Shown: in pieces, positions 38,606 to 53,910 of the stretch | Layout of the letters: every line of letters begins with the position of its first letter | Position numbering within the stretch: position 1 is the stretch's first letter | DNA from: Tubulanus polymorphus | Lineage: Eukaryota > Animalia > Nemertea | Reading direction: 5' to 3' | Length of the DNA stretch: 64,000 nt | Assembly: GCF_964204645.1 (NCBI RefSeq) | Contig: NC_134030.1 | Location: 17,754,210-17,818,209 of the forward strand | Notes under the pieces: generated by a model | Database searches by the model: none | What the model was told of the DNA's origin: nothing | Seen by the model: the letters and a program-made list of their open reading frames with translations, nothing else | Position numbers and translations under genes: made by a program

Positions 38606-38673
38606 CTGTGATATACGTTGTGGGTATAGTGTAGACTGTGCGTTATGTAAAGTGTAGACTCGACATCAACTCA

Positions 38674-39980
38674 AGAGTATTATTTGAAAAGAAAAAAAGG
38701 AAACAGTTGAGATTTTGGGAGAGAGCAGTTTGATTTGTAGTCGGTGGTTAGAGTTACGTAATTCATAGGGTCGCTGAGACATCGCATTTAAATCTATGTT
38801 TGATGTGAAAAACCGATTTTGGTGTTCACCATCGAACCAGTAAACCTTTTGTGAGCTCGATGATCATTTTATGATCATTGCGGAGCGGTGGTTGAAGTTT
38901 TTGTTTAAATTTATTACAGGGATCGCAAAAAAGGCTATAATTATACAAAGATTAAAAGTGAAAGAGAAAATCAAAACTAAATTAAAACTAACAAAAAAGT
39001 GAAATTTACAATTTTTCAACAGCCACGAGAAAACTGATTGATGATGATTAATCAAATTGAAAAACTAAATCAAAATTTACCGAAATGAAAGTTAATTTTA
39101 CTTACGCGTTGATAAATTATGAAGCAACAATTTCTCGACTTATGTTGTAGCTATCAGAAATCACAGCTATAACTGATGGGAATTTTACCCGTATTTCTCT
39201 CGAGCGGGAAAGCACATGCTCCTGCGCAGAAATCCACCTGTTTGCAAGTGGCTTCGGCGAAATTTTTATTCCGGATTTATTTTTGAAACACAATATCGAA
39301 TCTGCTTGCTGCATTCGATATACACGTATGCTCGGTAAAGAACAGCCGTTGTAATTAATGAAGCATAATCCCAGGAATTAATACGACTTGGAGATCATCT
39401 CTCAGGGCTCTTGGGTGGCAGGGTCTAGTGGCAGGAATGCGCCTCGGTAGTCTCATAGTGCTGTTTATTTGAGATTGGTAAAATTCTGCCCCGAGTCGGT
39501 GGCAAAAATGAGTAACAGTTTGTGAATGATAAGACTGGCTCCTACTGCGGTAAATTGAGACTGGTAAAATGTTGGTTTTCAAATACCACCAAGTGATAAT
39601 TTTCTGAAATTTGGATCTGGTAAAATACCTATAAACTGAGTAGGGTTTCAGAATGCAGTAGAATTTTTCTCTTACCGCAGTAAAACGCTCTATTTTCAAA
39701 ATGCACAAGAATGTAACAATATCGTAGAATGATATGCAGTATGCCTATACTGGTAAAGGTAGATCAGTATAGCAATATCAAACACAGTGGGGAACCATTC
39801 GTTTGTGTTTGACGTCAACTCGGCTCATGAAGGTAGTACGAATGTAGAAAACCATCGAGCTTTGTTAGAAACAGAATAAACATGAGATGTTCTTCATTGA
39901 TAAAAGCAAATTCTACAAATTATTTTTGAAATTTCAAAACTTTTAACTAATTCGTCAATTAGATGATATGCTTGAGCGTA
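38674..39980 (+). repeat. ~1.2-kb dispersed repeat, copy B with a ~115-bp insertion at ~39353-39467
   Basis: Aligns by eye with 23720-24900. Confidence 0.9.
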
Positions 39981-41199
39981 TAGATCAGTAGGCCTATACT
40001 GGTAGATCAGTATAGCAAACACGGTGAAAATCCACCTGCTTGTGATTGACGTTAACGCAGCGCTTCCGTTACTATTCAGATGTAGAACATTAACGGGCGT
40101 ACGTATGCATGTATATAGGAAAGTATTGATGAAACAACCCAGCGATTGTTGCGATTTTATCGTATATGAACTTGCGGCACTATTACATACTGTACAATCT
40201 GCGATATCCCCGCACGGTAAGAAATGGAAAACGACGAGCTTTGTTGAAAGCAAAATGAACATAAGAAGTATTACGTAATTGATAAGAGGCATTGATATCA
40301 ATGACAGATGAAACTGTAGTGATAAGACTACATGGTAGTTGAAACAAATTTTGGGAAAAGTTTGGCTGAAAAATCGCGAGATATCCTCGGAAGATATGAT
40401 AGGCCAAAACGCACTGAGAACAGGTGACCAGAACATTTAGAGTTATTGCGTTTCAAGAGCAGTGTGAATGGTTTTTAGGAACATTGATATTTTGATTGAG
40501 TTTTCTTATTCGGGGAAATTTCAAAAAGGAAACATCGCTTTCAACTGATTTCGAAAGCAACGCCTCGAAGCGCATTAAATGACGAAATTATTGGACACTA
40601 TGATCATTCGTATGATATATTGAATTTGGTTAAGCCTTTTCCAATTTTTACGTTTAGAGTCAGAATAAGATTTATTATTTCTGTTCTGTGACTAAATGCT
40701 TTTTGCAGCAGATAGAAACTTGAAATGAGAACTAAAGTTAGCGATAAACTACGGTCACCGCTGCCGCTAGAAGTTCGATTATTTGTAGATATGGATTTTC
40801 TCGCTGCTCTTGCGCTTCTTAACGTGAAAATCAATCGATTGTTATTAGAACCACTATCAATGTCGAGATTATAGTAAATATAGGAGCGCGGATAAAATAA
40901 TGAAAGTATTTCAGATATCTGTTTTTACCGAATGGATTAAATTTTTGAGTCCACCTTTCGTGTCCAGTTCACTGGTTAATGGAACGACGAGTATAAGACT
41001 TGAAAAACTTATATATATATATATATATTTAACTTTTATGTGTAACTTTTATTCATACTTATAATCCGCATTGCTTTCAGCGGCCAAACAACAACGATAT
41101 ATCTGTCTATAGCTAGTAATAATGTCATAAGATCACTGATACTTGAAAGAAATATTCGAACGTTGTTCATGAATACATGCAATTCATAACATTGTTCAT

Positions 41200-42300
41200 T
41201 TCAGAAGTCATTTCCAGTAACAGCGCGTGGCTGTCGGGCGATTACTGAATGTCAAATAATGGCGATAAAACACACGAATAAATATGTCCGTAACAGATGC
41301 TTAATTTCCGACACTATATGTATTAAAATCAAAGAATGTTTGACCACCTTACAGCACACAGTCAAATGTGCACTGAAGTAGAGGCCCAAGTCGGATATAA
41401 TATAGTATAGTGCCTTGGCGTAGAGTTAAAAAGTTGTGCGGTTAATGTATCAGCACGTTAATAAATTGGCGCATGAATACATTGATAATTGGGTATTAAT
41501 GCGCGGCAAAGGAACAGTTCATGTACAGGTTGACCGACGACTAGAGATAGATTTCAGATTATCTCCTGGCGCTCATTCAGTGACAACTGTTCACATTTAT
41601 GACGGATGGAACACCACTGTGAACCTCTGTTATACCAGAACAAACCGGGCATCATTTTATACTAAAACAAACATAGGCATCATCAGTTTGCTACAAAAAC
41701 TAATAGTTAGCTCAGAACTATCAGTTCAGGTATATAAAATATCTGATTGGAACGTCTCTAATCCGTTAATTCAAATCTCTAATAACGGGTCAGTAGCGCT
41801 CATTCCTGATGACAACAGTTTACACGTAATAACTCGATCAAAACACTTACACTTCTGATCTATCCATGGACGTATAAACTAGATTATAGTTTCTAGTTTA
41901 TACGTCCATGGTCTATCACAGAGTGCAGTTGTTACAGTACCTCGCCTTCAACTGGACACGTGATCTCAGCACATCCGGTGACGCCATTGGTGTATATAAA
42001 CTAGAATGGTTACGCGCTGTAGGTACTGATATTTTACTCGGTTACAACTACCTGGAATCACTGAGTGTTAAATCTGACGACTTTCTCGTCATACTGTGCG
42101 TTTTAATAAAACCATGTGATTTACAATCGAACGTAAAATTCGAATTTGAAGTGAAAGCTATATCTAAACGATGCGGTCCAACTTGGGTGAGTAAATAATA
42201 GCTCCATCTAAACTTTGGTTTACCTATGCAAACGGTTGAAGCAGTTTTCACTGAAAATGAATAGAGTACCGGTGTGTCAACATAGCACAAACATTGGCTG
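41200..42300 (+). pseudogene. Possible decayed coding region, unknown product
   Basis: Consecutive 140-aa and 96-aa same-strand ORFs with natural-looking composition; no recognisable motif. Confidence 0.25.
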
Positions 42301-45300
42301 TTGAACAAATAGTGTTGATTTTTGGTGTCATGGTTTGGCATAGTGAGTTCTTGAGCCCACAGAAATTTCATAATGATCGGGTTATTTTTAAGGGACTTAT
42401 TCTTGAAAAACACGCAAAAACCCTGCTTTTTAGCACTAAGTAATGGCACGTTTTTGCAAATGACAATTTGCATACTTGGAAATGAAATATATAAAAGTTA
42501 ATCCTCCCTGGACGTTTTGCCTTTTTTGTGCGACTCATCTCAATGTACTTTTCGACCTACAGGCCTTCACTTTATAAACCCCCCAAACTTTCTCGCTTCT
42601 ATTTATCTGAAATGACCTTGTTACCTGAGCTAGAATGAATGTGATTGTCTGTTTGTGGGATATACGGGAAATGCCGGGAATTTCGGTGCTTCTGATGTAA
42701 TTGGGAAAGCCCCATGTGGAACTCGCTGAAGCAAAATGGCGAGCATTCCATTCGACTAGGTATCGTATGTTGGCTTATAATTTGTTCGGTGTTACGATTA
42801 TAGCCGAGTAGGCTATTCCATTCATTATCCAAACTTGCAAATACGATGATACCAATCGAGTTTTGGCTTAGATATATCCTGTCAATGCCTTAAAGACCTG
42901 CTTACCCGTACGGTTTAACCGCGGCCGTCGGTCGGCTTTTTGGTTTACCTTTGTCAGCAGTATAAGGTTGGCATTGAGCCAATTCATGTAAAATTGCGGT
43001 TCGTTTTTTTATGTGAGCATTTTTTTCATTGGTTCTCGGGTTAAACGACGTATAATCGATGCGATTGAAGACATGACGAACCTCCGTCGATGACATGGTC
43101 AACTCTGTTTGAATTCGACGAAAAACTGTTTTTGGCGGGAAAATTCTTAGCTCTCGCGTATAAAATTGCAATGACCTCGATTGGGGGCATCGTCTCTACA
43201 AGCGAATGTGATTGTCTGTTTTTGGGATATACGGGGAATTCCAGCGAACGTTTCATTGTACTAGGTACGAATTTTAAATGCTCATTGCTGATGAGAATAT
43301 AATTATTTCACATATCGCCTTGGGTATTGTTTCGTTTTAATACCCGATGATTGTGTTGATTGAGATTGAAGTGAAGCGAGCGTTCACTACACAAGGCCTC
43401 CACGTGCGCGGGACGGGAGTGCTAAACATTAGACTGTTGCACACACAAACGCACGCTCATGCAGACATATGGAGATGCTGTAACGCTGCTTGGCGCGTGC
43501 ACGTTTGGTATGATAACAGGCTGAATAATCGTCGTAGCAGAAGATGAGCGCTGTGTTTTCTGTTTGATAGAATTTGTAATAAATTGTTATTTCTTGTGAC
43601 CTGAAAATACTTAGCAGCGAACTATAGGTATAAGTCGAGGTCTGAATATCGTAGTGGTAAAGTCCAGGATTTAAAACGATCTAATACTACGCCCCGGTGT
43701 TTTAGCTTCCGCGGCCATACATTGGAAGAAATTTCGTTTCCAAGACTCAATATTCAGCCACCCTCTGATAAGTGACATCATATTTTTTTTCATATTGTGA
43801 AATTATTCTTTTTTAAATATAAAATAGTTTCCAATGCCGCGCCTACCTGTACCCTACGAAATTTTGGACGTAGACCATAAACAAATGTTTATCTTTGGTC
43901 ACATTTGACTTCAACATAATTCTTTCAGAAAGATAAAATACAATATAAACTTCCAGAACTTTGAAGTCACGAATTAAAAAGATTTTTTCAAGCAATGCCC
44001 TTACTCCAAACAACCTCTAGCTTTCAAGGTAAACCACACTTTGCCCATGGGCAATTTATTTTGTGAACCGTGTAACTGCTTAACTCTATTCAATTTTAGT
44101 ACGTTCTTAGTGATCCGCAGCGAGATTTCTTAGTAGCTAGAAAATATTTGTAATGTTGATTTCCTGTATGCGTTGGTTGTTATTAATGGTTTCAGACAAT
44201 AAACGTAGTAAGATGTAGTAAGCAGGTTGTTGTTTGATGCTTTGATCTATCAACGCTGACCATAAATCAGCCTGGTATAAAAATAATTCTTTCTCGGTTC
44301 TTCTGCTGCGTTATCTGACAAACATTCAGAAATCTTTTTATAAACTTAAGAATAGACGGAACCGTATATGGTTGGGTCGGAACAATGGATTGCATTAATA
44401 ATGTGGCTGGTGGAAGGATCACGCTGTTACTTCATGATAATCCCGACTACTTCCTATAAAAAGAAAAACGGAAGTATGGGGAGGCATTGTTGTTTTGCTT
44501 TATCCCGTATTGTAATCAAATTTATTTAGTATAACAGTAATAGAATGATTTTAAGAAAGATAATGGATTATAATGAAGTTCCGAATCAAAAGTATTTATA
44601 ATAATTCAAAAGCAAATATTCAGTGGTACCGTAATTTGAGACAAATACTAAAGTTTCGAAAATATATTTTATTCGAATATCCTGGATGTTAAGTGAGAAC
44701 AAAGTCTCTCTAATCGCTGAAGTTTTAAGGAAATTAATTTGTGTTAAATGATAATACTAGGTCTCTAAAGTTTCTCTTGTTGTATACGTCTGTTGGTACC
44801 TCGCAGAGAATAGCTCTCAACGATGATAAGCAAGGGGTGAGTAAATCATTGCGCGTCATGACAGGAGGGTTGGAAGTTAGTTTAGCAAATTAGTTTCTCA
44901 AATAATTTTAGATCAGCGAATCATAAGGCTAAATTCTATACGACCAAAACAGTAATGACCGTTACGTTGCTGCTCCTTGCCAAAAGTCAAGTGGGAGAGT
45001 CGGTATTTTAAGAATGCCGATGTTTTCTATAAAAGGGACCCGCATCTTGAGAGAGTAGACACTCAAAAGACACTCGATAGAGATTCGTTAGATACTTGTT
45101 AAAAGCTTGTTTGGGACTTGATTCAGGACGGGTTACCAGCAGCAGAGTGCAATAGGAGCTAGGAACTGGACTGTATTTTAACTCGAGAGCTGAGTTTAAA
45201 TATTATGGTAAATAAATTCGTCTTGTTATTGTTTTATTCATTCAAATTTCCGGTATTCTAGTTTTACTTGGGTTTGTGCGCGGACACGTTCCTTCGCCAG

Positions 45301-46359
45301 GGACCGATCATCGCTTTTATTATTATACGACTAAGGAGAGGATTGTGACCGGCGTATCATTAGGTAGAATTGTGAGCGGTGATGAATTAATAGACTAAAT
45401 AGCCTGTAGACAATAGCGGGCAGTGGAATGCTCTCAGCTTTTCATCTAATCAACAGTCAGTTTTTTCAACACTGATTTAGAGGTTGGAGCTAGTCAACAC
45501 GTATATACCTTTTACACATGTATATCGCTATCGTACTACCGGTTCCTGAACTTCGCTGAAAAAGCTGAACCGCTGAAATAAAAACGCTGAAATTGCAGGG
45601 AATTTCCGAAAAACGCAGAAATTTCAGGGAATTCCCGAAAAACACTGAAATCGTGCTAGGTACCGACAATACACGTTTTGAAATATTTTCCGGGCCGGTA
45701 TCCGCTGCCGAGCCCTGAACCGTGTTTTAGTCACTACCTTCGGTTACAGCGACATGCATGGACAGTATCTGTGGAGTATACTTCTAGAGGGTCAGCAATT
45801 TGGTTGATGTTTGCCTGTGAACGGAATGAAGCGGTACCGTGAATAATAGTACCAGGTTTAACATTCACCATTTATTGCTAATGTTACTTCTACAGATCTA
45901 ATCCCGGTACCACGAGCGCGTCATTCGAAATCTATGCAGGGTTCATTGATGCAGCGCAGGAGTAAGTCAAGTTGGCACCGTATACTTTGGTGCAGCTGAA
46001 AAGTAGCGATGTCTTTCAGAATTTATTTGACCTTTTTGGGCACAAAAATATTAACTTGCAGGAAATATCTTCTTCCTGTGATTTCAGCTATCATAAGTTA
46101 GAACGAATCTGGAAAGATTTGCCGAGCGTACCTTCGGTACGATAAACGAAATTTAATATTAGGCTAACTAGCATTTCTGGTAATTTAAAACTGTCATTAT
46201 GTTGATAAATCATCTAAATGATAATTCAGGCGAGTTTAAATGTTTCTTAAAAAGGTTGTTTTGTGATATTTCAGTTTAGGTTTGTCGTGCTACGTGCCCG
46301 TGTTCACTTTCACGGAATGATCAACTCCACTACCAATGTACATGTACCACCAATTTCTG

Positions 46360-46482
46360 AGGGGCCAGTTGCTCAAAAGTTGGTTACAGTTAGCCAGTGG
46401 ATAGTTGACATAGTAACAATTGAAATATCATTGTTGCTATGGTATTTATCCGCCGATTATCTTTAACCAACTTTTGAGCAAA
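46360..46482. mobile_element. Short MITE
   Basis: TTGCTCAAAAGTTGGTTA ... TAACCAACTTTTGAGCAA inverted repeat. Confidence 0.6.
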
Positions 46483-47357
46483 TGTGCATTAGGAGTAGGT
46501 TTAAAACCCCTTGATTCACTTTAGATATAGGATACGAAATCCATTTATTACGATAATTTTCCGTGAGGCTTTAGAACGGTGCTTTCTAAAATGATTTCGT
46601 CTTGGTGTAGGGCCGGTAGGCCTACTGTAAATTAATAACATTTAATCAAAGAAATGGACAACAGTTCACTAACATCTGATATCGTACGATGATTTTGATA
46701 ATTGAAAATTGGGCCAGGTGAGAATCAAAAGGGCGTTGTCACTACTAAATATTTTCACATATTTCGGACTAAAATTCAAGTCCCTTAACTAGGTTATTTC
46801 TCTTCAAATGAAAACACATTATTCGCATTTCGTTCAATTGACAAATTTCCCATCCCCTTCTGGTGATCCGAATTTAGCGAATTTTCTAATCTTTTCAGCA
46901 ACGTAATTCGTTTTTATTTTGATTATTTTCCAGTTGTTGTTTTTATGTATTTTGCTACACATTTTGCTTATTGATAAAATAAATTTCAAACGTGAAAAAG
47001 TTTACTGTATTGTTTCGATCTTCACTTAGGGGTTCAGTCGTGGGTAGATGGTCCAATTCTCTAAATTCCGTGTATTCTATTCTCCACGGCCAGAACCAAA
47101 GCTCAAACTTTTGGTTTAATTAAACAAAGGCAATAACGTAGCATGGGTGGAAATTACAGTTAGAAGCTCTGATTGTACACTATGAACAGACCACAAAGTA
47201 GGTATAAATTGCGCCCGGAGCATAATATGGGATTTGAACCTACTCACACTGTATGACATTAGTCCGTCAACAGATTCCGTTCACAGGCAAACATCAACCA
47301 AATTGCAGAGGGTCACTTGTTGGACAAATTAATTCGCTTGAAATCCGGATTTTTAAT

Positions 47358-50222
47358 AAGTAGTAGTTTGTTCTTAATCAAAGTGTGTACTACACTTGTA
47401 TGACAGATAATCAAAATTACAAATCTTAACAAAATAATTTAGTCAAAATTACATCTTGAAAAAACAGAAATATTTAGTTGATGGGGTAGCTATATTTACT
47501 CAGTTTCGTCGCCTCGAAGCATTCTCCGTCTACTGAACATTGAAATCAAATATCTTCCAACAGATCTAAGTTTTCCGATTGAATTAGTAGTTAGAAGTTG
47601 AATAAATTTTGCCATGCTAGGATGCGTTCTAAAATAACGAGGTAAGAGATTACTTCGAAGCGAGTTGTATGAGGGGCAGGACATGAGAACGTGATGTTCG
47701 TCCTCAATTTCGTCAGTGGAGCAAGTTGTACAAGTGCGGTTTTCTCTCGGCGTTAAGGGCCTGGTCCATCTACCTGTTTCAATCCTAAGATCGTGACTGC
47801 CGCATCTAAATTTAGAGATTAAGTTAACTATTTTTGTGTCATTAATGTCAAGGTATCGTTCGTTTACGAAACTTCCTTTGAAATGTCTATAAAGATTGCA
47901 CTTAGGGCTACATTCTAAAGCCGCCCTCCACGACTGAATGTACTGGTCTTTCAACCTTTGTTCGACGAGTTTTAAAAAGAACCGATCATTTTGAACTTCT
48001 TGCGCTAGCCAATAATTGCCGACACCTAGGCCGTTAAGGAAGTCACGCATTTTTGAGGCCCAGTTACAGGTGCGCGGGCTGTTCTGAATATCACCATAAA
48101 GCAGATTGTAAGTTTGGCGTAAAAGTGTGTTCTCCTCTGACCGCAGAATTTTTAACCAAAACTTTGCTGCCGAGATTTGTATATCTATAGACAGAGGGAA
48201 ACAGCCTAGTTCACCGTAGACCATTACATTCGGTGTCGTGGCGCGCACATTGAGTAGGTATTTACAGAATTTGACATGAACGGATTCTATATTTCTAACA
48301 TTTTCAAATGCCCAGATTGGGCTACCATACGTTAATACTGATTTCACTAATGAATCAAAGATATCAAGCTTGGTTTTAGGTGAAATGAGTCTCGCGTTTA
48401 GCAAATACTTCTTGAGTCCAAAGCAAGCTCTTGTACCTTGATCGGCCTGCGACTTGATTACAGCAGACATTTTGCCGTTATTTGACATAGTAATGCCAAG
48501 GTACTGAAAGGTTGACACCTCTTCCAGTAGGACATTGTTATAAAAACATAAAAGGGGGTTACGGTTATTTCTACGGTACCCAATTTTCATTGTCTTTGTC
48601 TTATCAGAATTCACAGATAGTTTCATCTTTTTACAATAATCATGCAGAATATCAAGCGCACCCTGCAATTCTCCGGGCGATTGGGCTAGAATGACGGTAT
48701 CATTGGCGTAAAGCAAGACATATAGTTTGAATAAATTAAAGTCAATGCCTGGATGGCCATTGTTTATAAAAAATTCTTCCATGTCATTAATATAGATATT
48801 GAAAAGTACAGGCGAGATACAGTCGCCTTGCCTTACGCCGACGGTGCAGTCAAAAAAAGCTAGATATGAACCCATTGTTTTTGACACATGATTCACTGTT
48901 AGCATACATAGATTTAATTATGTTATAAACTTTGCCAGTGATACCAGCTTCCAGGATCTTTTTCCGGAGAATGTCGTGGTTCAAATAATCGAAGGCCTTA
49001 GAAAAATCTACGAATGCCATACACGCATTTTTCATTTTCTTCGTTATACAGTGGTCGATGATTGAAGATAATACAAAGGATTGATTTATAGTACCATTAT
49101 TTGGCCTAAAACCGGCCTGTGCATTATTTAATACTTGGTGTGCCTCTAACCATTGTATAATGCGTGTATTCAGAATAATTGAAAATATTTTTCCGAAGCA
49201 GCTCAAGACGGTGATACCTCTATAATTGTTTGGGTCGGAAGTCATCCCTTTCTTATGAATGGGTGTAATGCAGCCACTGCTCCAATTTTGTGGGTAAATA
49301 CCTGATTGAAGGATGACATTGAAAAAAATGGTCAGCACAGGTGTTAGGGTTTCAGAGGCAGTTATAAGCATTTCTGGTAGGATATTATCAAGACCCGGTG
49401 ATTTGCCTTTTTTTAGATTTCTTATCGCTCTTATAACTTCATCTCTAGTTATGGGGATGTCTAGATCGTGAGGCATATTAATAGCTTCCGTATCATTTTC
49501 ATTAAGCAAAAGATCAGGATCAATATCATCGTTTGATTCAGATTGAATTATTCCGCGAAAAAAAGTTTCGAATTCAGCTAAGTTTGGGCAGTTCTCATTT
49601 TTTTCTGCGTTTCGAGTTTCAAATGACTTTAAAATCTTCCAAAAAGACTTAGTGTCATTCTGAGATAAAGCATTTGTAAGTTTTTTAGCTATCTTTTTCT
49701 CGTAGCGGAGTTTTGCTTTAGATATTGTCTTTCTATAACGCTTACGTTTGGTTTGTAAGTCTCGTAGATTGTTTAGATTGGGTTGGTTGTGGTAGAGGCG
49801 ATTCGCTTTGCTGAATTTATTCCTGGCTATGGAGCAATTTCTATTAAACCAACGACGTCTTACCCGGCGTCTGATTGGTCCCGCCGCATGGCGAGTATTT
49901 CCGTCATACCAGGACAATAAGAGATCGGTTATATTATTAGTAGCTTCGTTGACGTCATTTGCATTGGGAGATTCATTATAGATTAAATTATCCATGCAGT
50001 GGGTTAGTTGATTTATGAAATCAACGCTTTGGACGGTTTCTAAGAATCTGTTCTCTGTTAGTTTTTTCCAGTTTATACGCTCCGGTAAGGCATTATACTC
50101 TGGATTACTATGTAAAGAACTGTGGTCAGTGTGCCGTGGTTCTAAGCTTTTACCGATAGAAACAAAAACCGTGGCATGATCTGTGAAATGATTTAAATCG
50201 GAGATTTCAAAATCTCGTATTT
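47358..50222 (-). mobile_element. 5'-truncated LINE (RTEX-like) ORF2: APE C-terminus, RT and C-terminal Cys/His domain
   Basis: FTDH endonuclease motif at ~50180; KSPGLDNI, NYRGITVLS, QAGFR, FVDFSKAFD, GVRQGDCISP; catalytic YADD mutated to YAND; frameshift at ~48855; IETGRW...C..C...EDEHHVLMSC; short (CTA)n tail at ~47360. Confidence 0.93.
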
Positions 50223-52924
50223 AATGCATACAGGCAGCATAATGGGGAAAAGCCATTCAAAAGCCGTGCAAGCCAACTGAAACACTATGCTCAATATTCC
50301 AAGAATATGGTTTACTTCTGCAAGACGCAAAAAATCTGACCGTCCATGTATAAAACATGATTACGAGCAACTTTTCTAAATCTTTTGTCAACACGTCGAT
50401 GGGCGACGGACTATGGTATTCTCTGAAGGAGGTAAATTAAATTTCTTTTTAATTCACCGTGGATTGGAATGGATTGACGCCAATGGCACGCAGTAGGCCC
50501 CTACGTATGGGTCATACTAATTAGCGTCAACCAATTAATCTAAATCAGGCAAACCATCCAACAACTGTGAATAATTTATTTGCTGTGGGTGGTGTGATAA
50601 TAATTAGTTTTTTTTAAAGAAATGACATACAGACTGTTAGAAAAATGTACCGATTCTTATTTTTAGACTACTAGTGTATCTATAAAGGAGGAGTCATAGA
50701 CTAAGCTGATTTGCTTAGCTGGACACACTTCTTGTCAAGTACATCATCTCAATTACTGGGTGTTTTGTGAGTTTAATTTCAGTATTTATTTACAAAGTGC
50801 TGTTCCTCAGTGCTTTTAAACTAGGCCCACCCCATAGGCTATATAGTCCAGGGTGTATTAGCCACTATTCTTTTATTTCCCTCCTCCCTCCTCCCTCCTC
50901 CCTCCCTCCCTCCGAGATTTAAACCGGAACTTTTTAAATTAGATTTTATTGCTTATTCTTTATTGGGTTGTTATATATATCCGCCAACTGTTTTATGTTT
51001 TAAGCTATCATCTTAAAATATTTGTCTAATTGTTGTATCATCTTCAATTTCTAAAATCAGTTGAGTTATTATATGTAACGGACTATGAATAGATATTAGT
51101 ACTTGTATCATTATTTATAAATATATTTGTGACGTAATACAGAATGTGAGCGATTGCGTATGGTTTGCGCCATTCCAGTTCTCGGAACATCCAGTTCGAC
51201 CATTGTCACCTGCTAAGTGCGCCTGATATTTGTAGCATCATTTGTTTGTTTGCTTGTGTCAAACTCATTAGATACAAATTGTCTTGATTGAGGTGCACTA
51301 GGTGTAGATCATTTGAACTTGGTGTCCGAACTCTTGATTCGAGCCCGGGTCACTTTAAATATTCAGCATCCGAGTCATTCAGCAGTACCACTCCGACTGG
51401 GTTTCAACCCGTAGCATCTCGGACCGTTTATCCTCCATTTGCCATTTGAACAACCTCTTAAAATGAGTGGTTTCGAACCCGGGGCACCCTTTTAAAAGAG
51501 TGCTTGCAATGACTGACACACATCCTCAATTGTTGACAAAAAGAAAACAAGAAACAAACACAGAGCATGTGTTGTATTTAATTCATTGAATGTCAAATAT
51601 ATATCGTGTTTATTCAATATCTGCACATCTCTTCAGCTCCTGTGTTAATAACAACATGCCCCCCAGTTCTTAAAACAACAATTCGCCGGCTTATGGTTAC
51701 CGAGCCAGTAAAATGTACCGTTACCCTTTTTTGACTTGCACTTACACGAGGTTCCTCTCTTCACCTTTCGCACATCTGTAAATAAGCTTGGACTTATTAC
51801 AATCATTAACCGGACGGCCCGAAACAAGCAGGTTCGAATCCCGAGTATTGGCCTCAAGTAAAAAGTTGACTGCCGGTTGACCGCCGTTTTACGGACAAAA
51901 TATGGTATGCGAAAAGTGCATGTGAAATGGGTGAACAAGATCTTTACTATTATTCCTACGTCAATTTAGGCTTCGTAGAATGAACTTACGTTTAAGCTTG
52001 CCGAGTTAGAAATGCATATTTAAACCAATTGAATCGATTTACTATTAAAACCTACCATCAGTTGCCGCGACGGCTCCAATGACCATAAACAAGGCCAACG
52101 CGATGAAAAGAGTTTTAGTAAACATTCTGAAATAAATGATTCAATCAGATTTACTGAGTTGCATCTCCACGAAGTTACATCTACATGTAACTATGCAATG
52201 AAATATTTGAGCTCGTCGTCATTAGCTTCACTTACCTCGTTACCAGTGAGGATACACTCGAACAGAGTTCTTCGTTTGACGTGTGTTGACACGATATTAC
52301 ACAAAAATCGTTCTCCTTTTATGGTCGTTTTGGAAACACATTTTAGCGGCCCATAAATATCTATTAAATTTTGATCCTGGTTCAGTAACCGGCTTTCAAT
52401 ATCAACTGAATTAAATCTTTGATGTATTATTTTTACTTAATTTACCCGTTCCATGCCCAATATAGACTAATGACTACTGTTAGGGCCTGTCACTTGCCAA
52501 ACCTTGGCCCTGATCGGAATGGGTCATTAGGATTTCTGAATTCTTTGAAAAAGGCCTTGAATATCTATTTTGAGGTTAGTGGTATCTGCAAAATAAGCAA
52601 ATTTGTTTTTCGTCTGTTTGGCATAGAACTATAAGCGAAAGGAAAGGCCAACATCGTGACGCCACTATACATTTTCCTTTGCTCTTCGAAATTAATCAGT
52701 GCACTCACCGGCGGCAATAAACATAGGTTCTCGGAAATATGTTCGATTACATTTTCTCTGCGTGTTTTGAACATTGCCGTTTTTCAAGATTTGGTATTAA
52801 GACTCAAACAAATCAATGAAAAACGCTAAATTAAGAATAGAGACCGGCAACCAGTCCACAACATCTATTGTTTATCGCCACCGGTGAGGGCGCTGAACAA
52901 AGCACAAGATTACTAGTGATGCCA

Positions 52925-53910
52925 AGTTGATTTTTGAGGAGTCAGCCTTCCTGTTCGCTTATAGTTCTATGCTGACAGTAAGTGATTTTAAGTTTAAAAT
53001 AGGGTGGACAGTAACATACAAAGAATCTACACGGACAGAAAAAACGTTTTATATTACCATAAGAGTTCAACATTTCGTTTAGAAGCTGTTAGTTATGGGC
53101 GGCCATCCCCGCCAAAAAGACAAACTTCCTGTGTTCGTGAAAATGACATCAATGCGTGAAAATGTCAGTAGGTGGCGCTGTTTATCAGAAAGATAAACTC
53201 GTGTTTTCGTAAAAAAGACATCGATGCATAAAAATATCTGTAGGTGGCGATACTAGGGTATAGTTGTTAACCGGAAATTAATTACTTTTAATGGATGAAA
53301 TTGAATCAAGGTCGCGTGGAAGTTCGTGCAGCAGTGTACCTGTATCGAATATTGTGTTCGCCGAATCTATTCTAGTCCTCAGTATCGTGCTCGCCGAATA
53401 TAGTAGTATCTGTATCTGTATCTGATTTTATTCATAAGAATGTTTATCCACACGACCTTGATTCAATTTCAATTAATTTTATTTTATCAATGGATGGCCA
53501 CCCATAGTTAGTTGTCGAATCTGATAGAATATGAATTCGAGTGGAAAATCTGTAATGATAATATTAATCAACAGAATAACAAAAGTGTTCTCCACGAAAG
53601 TCAGAAAACCTTCAATATGTAAAAGTATTACGAGTGAATTTTAGCTTTGCTGAACTATTGAGATGACGCTTTCACATTTATTTGAATGATATAAATGTTA
53701 ATATGTTGACAACGATTTATTCAATATCAAGGTTAAAGTTTATCTCGAGCAGTCAATTTATCACGCGAGCTTTGCAGGTATTTTAAATTAAATCATGGAA
53801 TTAATTCATAAATCCTACAACAGCTTCAATCCGATTCCACACATATATCGCACTAAGTAAAATACCCACCAAAGGTTGAATGAGAAAAATCATTAAGGCA
53901 TCGCCATGAT
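52925..53910 (+). repeat. Local duplication copy 1 (copy 2 at 54505-55378), interrupted by a MITE
   Basis: Shared GAGGAGTCAGCCTTCCTGTTCGC...ATCATTAAGGCATCG. Confidence 0.85.
53095..53504. mobile_element. MITE
   Basis: TIR ATGGGCGGCCATCC ... GGATGGCCACCCAT; absent from the duplicate at ~54665. Confidence 0.75.

Noticed and set aside
39894-40436. 180-aa hydrophobic ORF
   Set aside because: Overlaps dispersed repeat sequence; no motif or splice support
44740-45360. Solo LTR (TATA and AATAAA present; similar case at 55440-56046)
   Set aside because: Could not establish TG...CA ends with a matching TSD
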